Positions 49,978 to 60,993 of a stretch of DNA of 64,000 nucleotides are shown here, piece by piece (position 1 is the first letter of the stretch; each line of letters opens with the position of its first letter). The position numbers were made by a program, and so were the translations under genes. A model generated the notes under the pieces. The model had not been told where the DNA came from and made no database searches. It saw only the letters and a list, made by a program, of their open reading frames with translations. Source of the DNA: Gammaproteobacteria bacterium (GTDB lineage Bacteria; Pseudomonadota; Gammaproteobacteria; JBCCGL01); contig OZ255836.1 in the NCBI GenBank assembly GCA_965277715.1, positions 3,328,001 to 3,392,000 of the forward strand, read 5' to 3'.

Positions 49978-51537
49978 CAATGGCACTAAGTTAAGCGGTT
50001 TTAGCGGGTAAAATAAACGAAAAAATAACTGTAATAAACCCAATAAAAAAGGCTGAAATGTTATAATTTTGTATGAAAAATACAACCTTATTTCTACCCG
50101 GATTCAACATCCAAACACTCCGCAAAACACCCCGTTCAGCCATTCAAATCTTGCACGATAAGATAGCAAAAATACGTCACAAATCACTGAGTGAACTACC
50201 TGTTTTTCTTGGCGATATTATACCCACGAATATTCTTAAACCGAATGATTTTGGTGTGAATAGTCGTCGACGTATTTTCAGTAAAGAAAATACTTTCTGG
50301 TTGTTTTTTTCACAAATAATGAACGCCGATGGTGGCTGTAAAGAAGTCGTTAGACAACTGCAAAATGTCGCCCACAACCAAGGCATTCCCATACCTTCAT
50401 CATCCACCTCCGCCTATTGCCAAGCACGTAAAAAACTACCCATGGACGATCTTAAAAACGTATTTTCAGGGACGTGTCGATTATCGCCACCTCAACCCAA
50501 AGCGCTCCAAGGTCGACCGGTTATCGTTGCCGATGGGACAGGCCTATCCATGCCCGATACGCCCGCGAATCAACAAACTTACCCACAACCGAAATCACAA
50601 AAACAGGGATGCGGATTTCCTCAAGCACGGCTTTTAGCTTGTTTTAATCTTTATAGCGGTTTAATTCTGAGCTATGCACTAGGAAATAAAAAAAGTCATG
50701 AGCTAAGACTTTTAGAAGAACAATGGGATACCTTCAATGAAGGTGACATTTTCTTAGGTGATAAAGGTTTTTGCAGCTTCTACGATATTGACTGCCTCTC
50801 TCGACGAACGGTTGACAGTGTCGTTACATTGGCGCGGAGAACGCCCAGCACTGCCTCCCAGGCCAAAAAGAAGATAGCCGATAATGACCTTCATATTGAA
50901 TGGCAAAAACCTAAACACACAAAAGCGACCCGTTACACAAAAGAGCAGCATAGCGACCTTCCAAAGACCTTAACTTTACGACAAATACACGTCAGTATTG
51001 TACGAAAAGGATTTAGGACGAACCATTTTTATATCATCACGACACTACTTGATGCTCAGCAATATCCCGCTATAGAAATTATCGACCTCTATGCACAGCG
51101 CTGGAATGTGGAACTGTATTTTCGCAATATTAAAACCACCATGGGTATGGATATATTACGCTGTAAAACACCTGATATGGTTCGTAAGGAAATCATCATG
51201 CACATGATTGTTTACAACACGATCAGGCACATCATGTGTGTCGCTTCATACCGACATGACACACCGGTTGATCGGCTAAGTCTTAAAGGTGTTTTGCAAA
51301 CACTCCGACAAAGCACTTCATCACTTGGTAGTGGGCAGAGTCCAGCACAAAAAAGACGGCAATATCTTGATTATTTATATGCAGCGATTGCGGATGATCG
51401 TGTGCTTCATCGACCTTTTAGATTTGAACCAAGAGTGGTAAAAAGGCGACCTAAACCACGGGCATTAATGACTCGACCAAGGAACGTTTTAAAAACTGAA
51501 TATTGGCAAGCTAAAGCGGCTTAACTTAGTGCCATTG
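49978..51537 (+). mobile_element. Complete IS4-family element A (1560 bp)
   Basis: TIR CAATGGCACTAAGTTAAGC; 11-bp TSD ATATATGACCC (49967-49977 and 51538-51548). Confidence 0.95.
50073..51524 (+). CDS. IS4-family DDE transposase
   Basis: SAYCQARKKL, ADGT, GDKGF, YAQRWNVELYFRNIK (YREK signature). Confidence 0.95.
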   Translation: MKNTTLFLPGFNIQTLRKTPRSAIQILHDKIAKIRHKSLSELPVFLGDIIPTNILKPNDFGVNSRRRIFSKENTFWLFFSQIMNADGGCKEVVRQLQNVAHNQGIPIPSSSTSAYCQARKKLPMDDLKNVFSGTCRLSPPQPKALQGRPVIVADGTGLSMPDTPANQQTYPQPKSQKQGCGFPQARLLACFNLYSGLILSYALGNKKSHELRLLEEQWDTFNEGDIFLGDKGFCSFYDIDCLSRRTVDSVVTLARRTPSTASQAKKKIADNDLHIEWQKPKHTKATRYTKEQHSDLPKTLTLRQIHVSIVRKGFRTNHFYIITTLLDAQQYPAIEIIDLYAQRWNVELYFRNIKTTMGMDILRCKTPDMVRKEIIMHMIVYNTIRHIMCVASYRHDTPVDRLSLKGVLQTLRQSTSSLGSGQSPAQKRRQYLDYLYAAIADDRVLHRPFRFEPRVVKRRPKPRALMTRPRNVLKTEYWQAKAA

Positions 51538-51558
51538 ATATATGACCCCCTTTTTTTC

Positions 51559-51660
51559 CGGTTCATTATGTGGTAGAAAGCGTTTTCGTATTCTATGTGC
51601 TGAGGCCTTGACATCGGTTGGTGTTGGTACAGTCTATACTAAATAACTAGCCTGACCCCC
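51559..51660 (-). pseudogene. 5' fragment of RAYT-like element with terminal repeat
   Basis: Matches about 49803-49904. Confidence 0.85.
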
Positions 51661-51666
51661 TTTTCC

Positions 51667-52137
51667 GACCTACGCCATATAAAAACGACAATGAAGATGC
51701 ACACTTTCCGTTGTAAGACGCCAGAAATGGTTGAGAAGGAAATGTGGGTGCACATATTAGCTTACAACCTTATTCGCTTATTAATGGCGCAATCTGCCTT
51801 ACTAGTGGACATACTGCCTCGACAGATAAGTTTTAAGCATACGTTACAAATTTGGGTAGCGTATCGTTATCAGAAAGGCGGTAGCCCTCTGGGTAGTGAT
51901 AAGGTGTTGGCGCTATGTGCGTTGATTGCAGAAAACTGTGTGGGTAATCGACCGGGGCGTATTGAACCAAGAGTGGTTAAACGAAGGCCCAAACCGTATC
52001 CTTTATTGATGCAGCCAAGGGACGTGGCCAGAAGTGTTGTTAAAAAATATGGCCATCCCAAAAAACAGAAATAGGTCATTTACAATGAAAGTACTTCCAT
52101 ATTTTTCATGTACTTAGAGCTTAAGGAAGTGCCATTC
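51667..52137 (+). mobile_element. C-terminal transposase fragment and right end of IS4 element B
   Basis: FRCKTPEMVEKE...RPGRIEPRVVKRRPK; end CTTAAGGAAGTGCCATTC. Confidence 0.85.
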
Positions 52138-52340
52138 AGGTCATACCCATAAATTTGGCTATGAATTCAGAAGTAATTACCTTTAGATGTGTTTCTCAAA
52201 ATGCAAGACAGAGCATATTATTTAAGCAAAAATTTGAAAGAGATGAATCTTCATCTATAGGCTGGAAACCTGTTTGGAATGACAGAGTAGAAAAAGCCAT
52301 ATCCTCACTTGAAGGGTATAGCAGGTATTAGGAACTAATT

Positions 52341-52559
52341 ATGAGCATTAATTTTGATAAAGAGGAAATTGATATTCCGTGTGAGGGATGTAAAAGAAAA
52401 AACAAGAAAACAATTGGTTGGATAAAAAGAAATAAACAACTAAATTGTACGTGTGGTGCAATAATAAATTTAGAAACATCTCAATTTACAAGAGAGTTAC
52501 AGAAAATTGAAAAATCATTTTTAGACCTTGAAAAAATATTTAAAGGACTTGGGAAATAA
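52341..52559 (+). CDS. Small zinc-ribbon protein (cassette gene)
   Basis: CEGC...CTCG; followed by a GCATAAC attC half. Confidence 0.75.
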   Translation: MSINFDKEEIDIPCEGCKRKNKKTIGWIKRNKQLNCTCGAIINLETSQFTRELQKIEKSFLDLEKIFKGLGK

Positions 52560-52579
52560 AAAGCATAACAAAGCACTCC

Positions 52580-52720
52580 CTAGGCGACTATACAGAATGG
52601 CTTGTAGCAAACGCCCTAAGTCTAGAGTTAGAGAGCAATTCTAAAGCTGGGTATGATGGTGTTTGTAAAAATGGTGTTCGTGTCCAAATAAAAGGACGGC
52701 GAGTAACAAAAAATGGTTCT
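52580..52720 (+). pseudogene. PD-(D/E)xK-like nuclease gene fragment
   Basis: LGDYTEWLVANALSLELESNSKAGYDGVCKNGVRVQIKGRR. Confidence 0.55.
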
Positions 52721-53016
52721 TCCCCGATTATTGTGAAGCCACTGGTTCCATATCCCCCTGTGTCAGGCTAGTTGTTCCTCTCCCTAAATTGGGATTCAAT
52801 AAGTTTTTACAGGAGGCAAAAAGAGAGTGACATGGGTTATCCAATAGAAAGAAAGGCCCCTGTGTGTCAACCTCACCTCAAGCCACTATGATTTAAGATA
52901 ACATCTAAATCAGGGCAGATATCAAGAGTGAGAACAATGCCAAAACCTATATCAGATAAACCCCAGCCAGAGTCATGTGAGGCCAAGCCTGACCCGACAC
53001 GGGAGAAAAAGCTTAC

Positions 53017-53976
53017 GGGGTCAGGCCAGTTATTCACTGTTCAATTGACTTTCAATCTGGTACATCATCTCATAGAACTCTCCGGTGTCTAACTGCTTTC
53101 TGATATAGGCTATTGCGCTCGATACACCACCAGGATGACTTAGACCGAAAATAGTGAGTAATCGCTTTTAGTGACATACCGCTAAACCGCTGACAGTAAT
53201 ACATCGCCAGTTTACAGGGAATGTTCACACTGTCTCCCTTGCCTTGGCTGAACAAAATACTGCTTTCGCTCACCCGGCAACAACTTGCCACAGTGCTTAC
53301 TATCAAGTGGCTGGCCAACTTTTCCCGCAACTGTGGGTGCACATCAAGGCCACTCTGGCTTTCTTTGTGTTCGGCCAAGCATAAGCGAAAAACTTTGTTG
53401 TCTAACACAGTCGAGACGTTATTTTTGCCGTAAAATCGTTGTATATCCTCATCAACCCCTTGATCTACATAATCTACGCAGCGTTGATAGCTGTTTCGCG
53501 CCGGTAAACAGGCATAAACGTGATTGCGGCATAACCAAGTGAGACTCGATGCCTTTCCTATATAAGCGGGGTAACGAGACCAGGGATAGCTCTCTAGCGA
53601 TTGAACCAGTGGCCGTTTGGTTTCAAGGGTTTCTATGAATATAGCGAGACAGTGGCAATAGATAGGCGTCTTCATCGACATTCAGGGCCTTAAGCCGTCC
53701 TCTAAACTAGGAGCCATCGGTTTTTTTAAGACGGTTATAACGCTGTGTATAAAGTCCATCGACATGCTGCATGATGCGACTGAGGTTAACATCCGGTGTT
53801 TCCAGCAGTAGGTGGTGGTGGTTGCCCGTTAGGCAGTAAACTTCGCCATGAAAAATCGCCTTACGCTCCCGACCACGGTTCATTATGTGGTAGAAGGCGT
53901 TTTCGTATTCTATGCGCTGAGGCCTTGGCATCGGTTGGTATTGGTACAGTCTATACTAAATAACTAGCCTGACCCC
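53017..53976 (-). mobile_element. Degenerate RAYT-like element with both ends
   Basis: Near copy of 48944-49903 with the same lesions. Confidence 0.9.
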
Positions 53977-53980
53977 CTTT

Positions 53981-54217
53981 TCTTCTTCATCGATAGCGAA
54001 AAGTAACTACCAAAAAAATAATTGGCATCGTAAACAGAATTTATATTCACTGCATGATATTGAATATAATAATTTGAATGACGCAATTAATAAACACTGC
54101 AAGACTGATTTTGATACAAATTCAAACTTTAAAAGACTGAGTGAATTTATCGCTATAACTAGAGAGTCGGCACAAGTTTCTATTGGGAACTGGCAGCATG
54201 CGTTAAAAGACTGCTAA
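53981..54217 (+). pseudogene. 5'-truncated cassette gene
   Basis: Open frame SSIAKSNYQ...WQHALKDC* from the repeat junction to the TAA within attC. Confidence 0.65.
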
Positions 54218-54289
54218 CAAGGCCATAAAATTCGCTCCCTACAGTCGCCGGACGCTCGCAAGCTCGCGCCGTTTATGGCGGCGTTATGT
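54212..54289 (+). other. attC site
   Basis: TGCTAAC-AAGGCCATAAAA...GTTTATGGCGGC-GTTATGT. Confidence 0.85.
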
Positions 54290-54302
54290 GTAGAAATTAA
54301 TA

Positions 54303-54608
54303 ATGAGCAAAGAATCAATATTTATAATAAGTCCATTTATTTTTGGACTCATGCTTTTAAGTATTAGCCTTTATGACCTGCATCAATTTGATGTGGGTGG
54401 TATAGCGGTTACTGAGATGCTGCGAAGAGAAATGCCATTTTTTGTTCTCGGTATTTTGAGTAGCTTTTGTTTGTTTGTAAAATCAATATATTGGCTTTGG
54501 ACGAGATGCTGGATTAAATCATTCGTTTCTGTGTTTAGCATTCTTTCATTTTTTGTTTTATTTGCAGTAGGCGGGTCATTGGGGGCTGCTTATCTTAATG
54601 CAACTTAG
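54303..54608 (+). CDS. Small membrane protein (cassette gene)
   Basis: Three hydrophobic segments; between GTTATGT and ACATAAC (54617). Confidence 0.75.
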   Translation: MSKESIFIISPFIFGLMLLSISLYDLHQFDVGGIAVTEMLRREMPFFVLGILSSFCLFVKSIYWLWTRCWIKSFVSVFSILSFFVLFAVGGSLGAAYLNAT

Positions 54609-54746
54609 CAGGGTACACATAACAAACCGTTGAAGTCGGACAGTCACGGTGTTTGTCAAGGTAGTTGTCCGTTTTACTATGCTACTTGCTTTTCAATTCC
54701 ATTGTGCTTTTGTCTCATGGCCAAGCCTTCCCTTTCCGAGTCTTAT

Positions 54747-55493
54747 GGGGTCAGGCCAGAATGGCACTTCTTTAAGCTGTAAGTATTTGAAAGTATTGGT
54801 ATTACGTGCTTGGTTCAGATAACTTGGCATATGGTTCTTGAAAGCAATATTTGTAAAACTATCCCGGTTATCATTGGCGGCAACTTTCAAAATATCATTT
54901 TTGTTTCTTAGAAAGAATAAATAAACTCTTTACTATCAGTTGCTTACGCCTTAAGGAAGTGCCATTCGGGTCAGGCCAGTTATTCACTGTTCAATTGACT
55001 TTCAATCTGGTACATCATCTCATAGAACTCTCCGGTGTCTAACTGCTTCCTGATATAGGCTATTGCGCTCAATACACCACCAGGATGACTTAGACCGAAA
55101 ATAGTGAGTAATCGCTTTTAGTGACATACCGCTAAACCGCTGGCAGTAATACATCGCCAGTTTACGGGGAATGTTCACACTGCCTCCCTTGCCTTGACTG
55201 AACAAAATACTGCTTTCGCTCACCCGGCAACAACTTGCCACAGTGCTTATTATCAAGTGGCTGGCCAACTTTTCCCGCAACTGTGGGCGCACATCAAGGC
55301 CACTCCGGAAGCGATCTGCAGCTTCGGCCAATGTAGTGAGAAACGCTTGGTAGTAAGCTTCGCCATGAAAAATCGCCTTACGCTCCCGACAACGGTTGGT
55401 TATGTGGTAGAAGGCGTTTTCGTATTCTATGCGCTGAGGCCTTGGCATCGGTTGATATCGACACAATCTATACTAAATAACTAGCCTGCCCCC
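54747..55493 (-). mobile_element. Internally deleted RAYT-like element with a MITE inserted in its terminal repeat
   Basis: ORF 55020-55466 fuses N- and C-terminal parts, HUH/Y core missing. Confidence 0.85.
54759..54967. mobile_element. MITE of IS4 element B (209 bp)
   Basis: TIRs GAATGGCACTTC; 11-bp TSD GGGTCAGGCCA (54748-54758 and 54968-54978). Confidence 0.93.
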
Positions 55494-55661
55494 TTTTATT
55501 CACTCTACCCACTACACGCCCAACATTGAATTGGTTCACATATAAGGCGATCTAAGCCAAACCAACTGGAGCGCCTGTTTCATCCAGGGTCGGGCTGATG
55601 TAACGGGCAATGTTCGCTATACTGGCTGTTTGTGCTAATAGGGTGGTCAGGCGTTATTTAA

Positions 55662-56894
55662 ATGCATGAGCAAAAAGGTAGTGAGCCGGACGGTGTTTTG
55701 TTAGGCCGTATTTTACTCGGCGTAAGTGGCGGTATCGCTGCGTATAAAAGCCCAGACTTAGTGCGCCGCCTGCGTGATATAGGCGCCGAGGTGCGTGTTG
55801 TGATGACACCCGCTGCGCAGGCATTCGTTACTCCACTGACGTTCCAGGCCACTTCAGGCCACCCCGTGCACAGTGAACTGCTGGATGCAGCGGCAGAAGC
55901 AGGTATGGGGCATATCGAGCTGGCCCGCTGGGCGGATGCTGTGCTGATTGCCCCGGCTTCTGCCAACCGTATTGCGGCGCTGGCACAGGGCTTCGCCGAT
56001 GATTTATTGAGCACCGTTTGCCTGGCCAGTGATGCACCCTTGTTTATCGCCCCCGCGATGAATCAGGCGATGTGGAAACACCCGGCAGTACAGGAGAATA
56101 TCGCTATTTTACGCCGACGTGGCGCCATCATCCTCGGCCCAGGTGAGGGCGGGCAGGCCTGCGGCGATACGGGTGCAGGGCGTATGCTGGAGCCTATCGC
56201 GCTGCGTGACGCACTGCGCGATCAGTTGCACGCCCCCCATTCCAACGCACTGTGCAATAAGCGTGTGCTGCTGAGCGCCGGGCCTACGCGGGAGGCGCTC
56301 GATCCCGTGCGCTATTTAAGTAATCACAGCTCCGGCAAGATGGGGTTTGCACTGGCCGCTGCCGCGCAGCGTGCGGGGGCGTCGGTGACGCTGATTGCCG
56401 GCCCTGTGCAGCAGGATACACCGGCAAATGTCGAGCGTATCGACGTGGTTTCCGCCCAGGATATGCACGCCGCAGTGATGCAGCACGCGGCCAGTGCCGA
56501 TATATTTATCAGCGTTGCGGCGGTTGCCGATTACCGGGTGCGTGAACCGCAGCCTGAAAAAATCAAAAAGTCACAACACAACATGGTGCTGGCGTTGACG
56601 CGCAACCCGGATATTCTCGCCGGGGTTGCCGCGCTCGATAATAAGCCTTTTTGTGTCGGCTTCGCCGCCGAGACACACCGCGTGGAGGACTACGCGGCGG
56701 AAAAAATGCAACGCAAAAACCTGGATATGATCGCCGCCAATCAGGTGGGGGTTGTCGGGAGTGGCTTTGCCAGTGACAACAATAGCCTGCTTGTTTTAGC
56801 GCGTGATGGCAGCCGGGCAGTACTGGCAGATGCCCCCAAAACGCGTATTGCCGCACAGCTGATCGAACTGATTGCCAAACACACCACACACTAA
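55662..56894 (+). CDS. coaBC: Phosphopantothenoylcysteine decarboxylase/ligase
   Basis: [33 protein letters not shown]. Confidence 0.96.
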   Translation: MHEQKGSEPDGVLLGRILLGVSGGIAAYKSPDLVRRLRDIGAEVRVVMTPAAQAFVTPLTFQATSGHPVHSELLDAAAEAGMGHIELARWADAVLIAPASANRIAALAQGFADDLLSTVCLASDAPLFIAPAMNQAMWKHPAVQENIAILRRRGAIILGPGEGGQACGDTGAGRMLEPIALRDALRDQLHAPHSNALCNKRVLLSAGPTREALDPVRYLSNHSSGKMGFALAAAAQRAGASVTLIAGPVQQDTPANVERIDVVSAQDMHAAVMQHAASADIFISVAAVADYRVREPQPEKIKKSQHNMVLALTRNPDILAGVAALDNKPFCVGFAAETHRVEDYAAEKMQRKNLDMIAANQVGVVGSGFASDNNSLLVLARDGSRAVLADAPKTRIAAQLIELIAKHTTH

Positions 56895-56901
56895 GCGACT
56901 T

Positions 56902-57357
56902 ATGAAATCCATTGATGTAAAAATTCTCGATCCGCGCCTGGGTGCGGAAATTCCTTTGCCGGAATACGCAACAACGGGTTCCGCCGGGCTGGATTTGCGC
57001 GCCTGCCTGGACAGTGAGCTGGTGTTGGAGGCGGGACAAACGCATTTGATTCCCACTGGAATGGCAATTTATATCGCCGATCCGGCCTACGCTGCGATCA
57101 TCCTGCCACGCTCGGGGCTTGGTCATAAGCACGGTATTGTGCTCGGTAACCTGGTTGGGTTGATCGATGCCGATTACCAGGGGCAGTTGTTTGTCTCCTG
57201 CTGGAACCGTGGTGATGCCGCTTTTACGGTTGAAGTGGGTGAGAAAATTGCCCAGTTGGTTATTGTACCTGTGGTGCAGGCGCAGTTTAACCTCGTCGAC
57301 AGTTTTGACAGTAGCGGGCGTGGAGGCCGTGGTTTTGGCTCCTCGGGCCGTCAATGA
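56902..57357 (+). CDS. dut: dUTPase
   Basis: [27 protein letters not shown]. Confidence 0.96.
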   Translation: MKSIDVKILDPRLGAEIPLPEYATTGSAGLDLRACLDSELVLEAGQTHLIPTGMAIYIADPAYAAIILPRSGLGHKHGIVLGNLVGLIDADYQGQLFVSCWNRGDAAFTVEVGEKIAQLVIVPVVQAQFNLVDSFDSSGRGGRGFGSSGRQ

Positions 57358-57397
57358 GCGTTATGTACGTCTAACTTACTGATTTAAGGAGGTTTAT

Positions 57398-58771
57398 ATG
57401 CAAATTTCACCCGCTATTTTTCGCGCCTATGATATTCGCGGTGTTGTCACTGAATCACTTACCCCGGATGTCGTTCGCGAGATTGGCCGGGCGTTTGCCA
57501 GCGAATGCCAGCAGCGTGGACAGCAAACGGTGGTACTGGCACGCGATGGCCGCCTGTCCGGCCCGGCGCTGATTGGCGCACTGACAGAAGGTTTGCTGTC
57601 GACTGGCTGCGATGTGATCGATATTGGCATGGTGCCAACCCCGGTACTGTATTTTGCCACCCACAGTCTGAAAACCGGCACGGGTATTATGGTCACCGGT
57701 AGTCACAATCCACCCGAGTACAATGGCCTGAAAATGATGATTGGGGGTGATCCGCTATCGGGTGATGGTATCACCGGGCTGTATCGGCGGCTCGTCAGTG
57801 GTGATCTCGCTTGTGGCCAAGGTGTCCGTAGCGAACAATTGATTGCCGATAGCTATTTGCAACGCATTCTCGGTGATATTGCGCTCGGCAAAAAAATGCG
57901 TATTGGCATCGATTGTGGCAATGGTGTTGCCGGTGCAGTAGCCCCTGAATTATTCCGGCAACTCGGCTGCGAGGTGGTGGAATTTTTCTGTGAGGTCGAC
58001 GGTACATTTCCCAATCACCACCCCGATCCCAGCAAAGTTGAAAACATGCAGGATTTGATCGCCGCAGTGAAAAGCCAGCAACTCGATATCGGCCTGGCAT
58101 TTGATGGTGACGGTGACCGTGTAGGGGTGATCGACAATGACGGCAACCTGATCTGGCCAGATCGGCAGATGATTTTATTTGCAGAGGATATTCTTGGCCG
58201 CAACCCCGGTGCGCGTATTATCTACGATGTAAAGTGCTCACGGTTACTGCCGCAGGCCATCCGTGCAATGGGAGGGGAGCCGGAAATGTGGAAAACCGGG
58301 CATTCATTTATAAAGGCGCGTATCAAGGAAACGGGTGCACTGCTGGGTGGTGAGATGAGCGGCCATATTTTTTTTAAGGAGCGCTGGTATGGTTTTGATG
58401 ATGCCTTGTATGCGGGCGCCCGGTTGTTAGAGATTTTGTCACACCGCGATGTGTCAGCCGAGGCAATTTTTTCAGCGATACCCAATAGTATTAACACCCC
58501 TGAATTGAACATTGCCTTTGCCGAAGGGGAACACCATCGGTTTATTCAACGGTTTGTCCAGCGGGCCACATTTGATGGGGCGCAACTGACGACTATCGAC
58601 GGAGTGCGGGCAGATTTTGACGATGGCTGGGGCCTGGTGCGTGCATCCAATACCACACCTGTACTGGTTATCCGTTTTGAGGCGGATACGCCGCTGGCGC
58701 TTGAGCGGATCCAGGCGGTTTTTCGTGAACAAATGTTAAAGCTGGCGCCTGGGTTAGCGTTGCCGTTTTGA
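57398..58771 (+). CDS. algC: Phosphomannomutase/phosphoglucomutase
   Basis: TGSHNP, FDGDGDR, GEMSGH, RASNT. Confidence 0.93.
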   Translation: MQISPAIFRAYDIRGVVTESLTPDVVREIGRAFASECQQRGQQTVVLARDGRLSGPALIGALTEGLLSTGCDVIDIGMVPTPVLYFATHSLKTGTGIMVTGSHNPPEYNGLKMMIGGDPLSGDGITGLYRRLVSGDLACGQGVRSEQLIADSYLQRILGDIALGKKMRIGIDCGNGVAGAVAPELFRQLGCEVVEFFCEVDGTFPNHHPDPSKVENMQDLIAAVKSQQLDIGLAFDGDGDRVGVIDNDGNLIWPDRQMILFAEDILGRNPGARIIYDVKCSRLLPQAIRAMGGEPEMWKTGHSFIKARIKETGALLGGEMSGHIFFKERWYGFDDALYAGARLLEILSHRDVSAEAIFSAIPNSINTPELNIAFAEGEHHRFIQRFVQRATFDGAQLTTIDGVRADFDDGWGLVRASNTTPVLVIRFEADTPLALERIQAVFREQMLKLAPGLALPF

Positions 58772-58841
58772 TGCGCGGTATTTTCCGGCGCTCCCTAATG
58801 AGGGGCGGAAAGCCACCGTGCCTGTGAGGTTTTATAGCCCT

Positions 58842-60062
58842 CTACGCTGAAAAGCGCTGAAACACCAGCGTGGCATTGGTGCCCCCGAAGCCAAAACTGT
58901 TCGACATAACGCGATCCAGTTGTACACCGTCACGGCGTTCCAGTGCAATCGGTATGCCCTCTGCGCCAGGGTCGAGTTGTTCGATATTTGCCGATGCGGC
59001 GATGAACCCCTCCTGCTGCATCAACAGGCTGTAGATCGACTCCTGTACGCCAGCGGCCCCCAGTGAGTGACCAGAGAGTGATTTGGTCGAACCGATCACG
59101 GGAATCGGCTTGTCAGCGAAGGCTTCACGCACGGCGTTTAGTTCGGTGATATCCCCCGCCGGGGTGCTGGTGCCGTGGGCATTGATGTAATCCACCGGGC
59201 CTTCGACGGTCGCCATCGCCTGTTGCATGCACCGCACTGCGCCCTCGCCGGATGGCGCGACCATGTCGTGGCCGTCAGACGTGGCGCCGTAACCGACAAT
59301 TTCGGCGTAAATTTTTGCGCCGCGTGCCTGTGCGTGTTCGAGTGATTCGATGACCAGCATACCGCCACCGCCCGCGATGACAAAACCGTCGCGGTTGGCA
59401 TCGTAGGCGCGTGAAGCGCACTCTGGGGTGTCGTTGTATTTGCTGGATAGCGCGCCCATCGCATCGAACAGGCAGCTCATGGTCCAGTGTTCTTCCTCGC
59501 CGCCACCGGCAAACACGATGTCTTGCTTGCCGAGCTGAATTTGCTCCATTGCCGCCCCCACGCAGTGTGCGCTGGTCGAGCAGGCCGAGGAAATCGAATA
59601 GTTGACCCCCTTGATAGCGAACGGTGTCGCCAGGCATGCCGAGACGGTACTACTCATGGTTTGCGTTACCCGATAGGGGCCAACGCGGCGAATACCACGC
59701 TGGCGCAATATGTCCGCCGCTTGGTTCAGGTTGTCAGTGGAGCCACCACCGGAGCCAGCGATAACGCCGGTGCGTACATTGGAGACTTGATCGGCCTGCA
59801 GCCCGGCATCGGCAATCGCCTGCTGCATAGCGATAAACGCATAAGCGGCGGCCGGACCCATAAAGCGTAGCTGCTTGCGATCAATAAAGTCACTTAACTC
59901 AATGTCCGGTGCACCGGCTACATGGCTGCGCATACCGAGATCGGCGTACGCCTGGCGAAAACCAATACCCGATCGACCCGCTCGCAGCGATTCGATAACC
60001 GCTTGTGCATTATTGCCAAGACACGAAACAATGCCTAACCCTGTAACGACAACGCGTTGCAT
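58842..60062 (-). CDS. fabB: 3-oxoacyl-ACP synthase I
   Basis: [27 protein letters not shown]; downstream of fabA. Confidence 0.95.
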   Translation of the reverse strand: MQRVVVTGLGIVSCLGNNAQAVIESLRAGRSGIGFRQAYADLGMRSHVAGAPDIELSDFIDRKQLRFMGPAAAYAFIAMQQAIADAGLQADQVSNVRTGVIAGSGGGSTDNLNQAADILRQRGIRRVGPYRVTQTMSSTVSACLATPFAIKGVNYSISSACSTSAHCVGAAMEQIQLGKQDIVFAGGGEEEHWTMSCLFDAMGALSSKYNDTPECASRAYDANRDGFVIAGGGGMLVIESLEHAQARGAKIYAEIVGYGATSDGHDMVAPSGEGAVRCMQQAMATVEGPVDYINAHGTSTPAGDITELNAVREAFADKPIPVIGSTKSLSGHSLGAAGVQESIYSLLMQQEGFIAASANIEQLDPGAEGIPIALERRDGVQLDRVMSNSFGFGGTNATLVFQRFSA

Positions 60063-60215
60063 AGTAACCCCCGAATAATCTTTGCCTGTAGAGGGTGTCA
60101 GAAAACGACTGCGCCCGGTGATGCGGTGTTGGAGCGCTTTGGCTCACCTTTGCACGCGATGTTTTCCGATACCTCTGTGTGTGCCAATAAATGTTTGCTA
60201 ATACACCGTCTACCA

Positions 60216-60731
60216 CTAAAAATCTTTCGTTGAGGTAAACAGGCCTACCCGCAAGTCTTTGGCATTGTAGATGTCGCGGCCATCGACAGACAACGTGCCA
60301 TCGGCAATGCCCATTACCAGTTTGCGCTCAATCACGCGTTTAAAATTGATTTCATAGCGCACTTTTTTTGCCGAGGGTAATACCTGGCCGGAAAATTTCA
60401 CCTCGCCGGAACCGAGTGCGCGACCATGCCCCGGATTGCCTTTCCAGGCGAGAAAAAAACCCACCAATTGCCACATTGCATCCAGGCCAAGGCAGCCGGG
60501 CATCACCGGGTCACCAATAAAATGGCAATCAAAGAACCACTGTTGTGGGTTGATATCGAGTTCGGCAATAATCTGCCCCTTGCCATAGCGGCCACCTTCT
60601 ACACTAATGTGAGTAACCCGATCAATCATTAACATATTGGGTGCGGGTAATTGTGCATTGCCGGGACCAAACATTTCCCCGCGACCGCACTGCAGGAGTT
60701 CTTCACGTGTGAAAGCACTTTGTGATGTCAT
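60216..60731 (-). CDS. fabA: 3-hydroxyacyl-ACP dehydratase/isomerase
   Basis: [24 protein letters not shown]. Confidence 0.96.
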   Translation of the reverse strand: MTSQSAFTREELLQCGRGEMFGPGNAQLPAPNMLMIDRVTHISVEGGRYGKGQIIAELDINPQQWFFDCHFIGDPVMPGCLGLDAMWQLVGFFLAWKGNPGHGRALGSGEVKFSGQVLPSAKKVRYEINFKRVIERKLVMGIADGTLSVDGRDIYNAKDLRVGLFTSTKDF

Positions 60732-60993
60732 AAGTTTATCTGGGTGTCAGTAATAAGGGGTGTCGAAGCAGAACTGCCTAATGATATTCAAACGAGTGAG
60801 CCTATCAATCGGGTTGTCAGGTTCAAAAACGGTCGGTGGTAGACAGAGAATAGTAGGGTATAGGGCAAAGGTTACAATAGCGTGTTCAAAAGATGGTGTA
60901 ATTATACCCTCTCGCCATTGGCGGACGCTACCGTTAGGTTGGTAGGGTGTAAGCCCAGATATAAACAAGCTGTATTATGAGGAAACAAGATTG

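Noticed and set aside
52563-52633. Complete attC from GCATAAC to GTTAGAG
   Set aside because: Arms are not complementary; the distal part reads as coding sequence
10655-55493. GGGGTCAGG repeats as a CRISPR-like array
   Set aside because: Irregular spacing, both orientations, no cas genes; they are element ends
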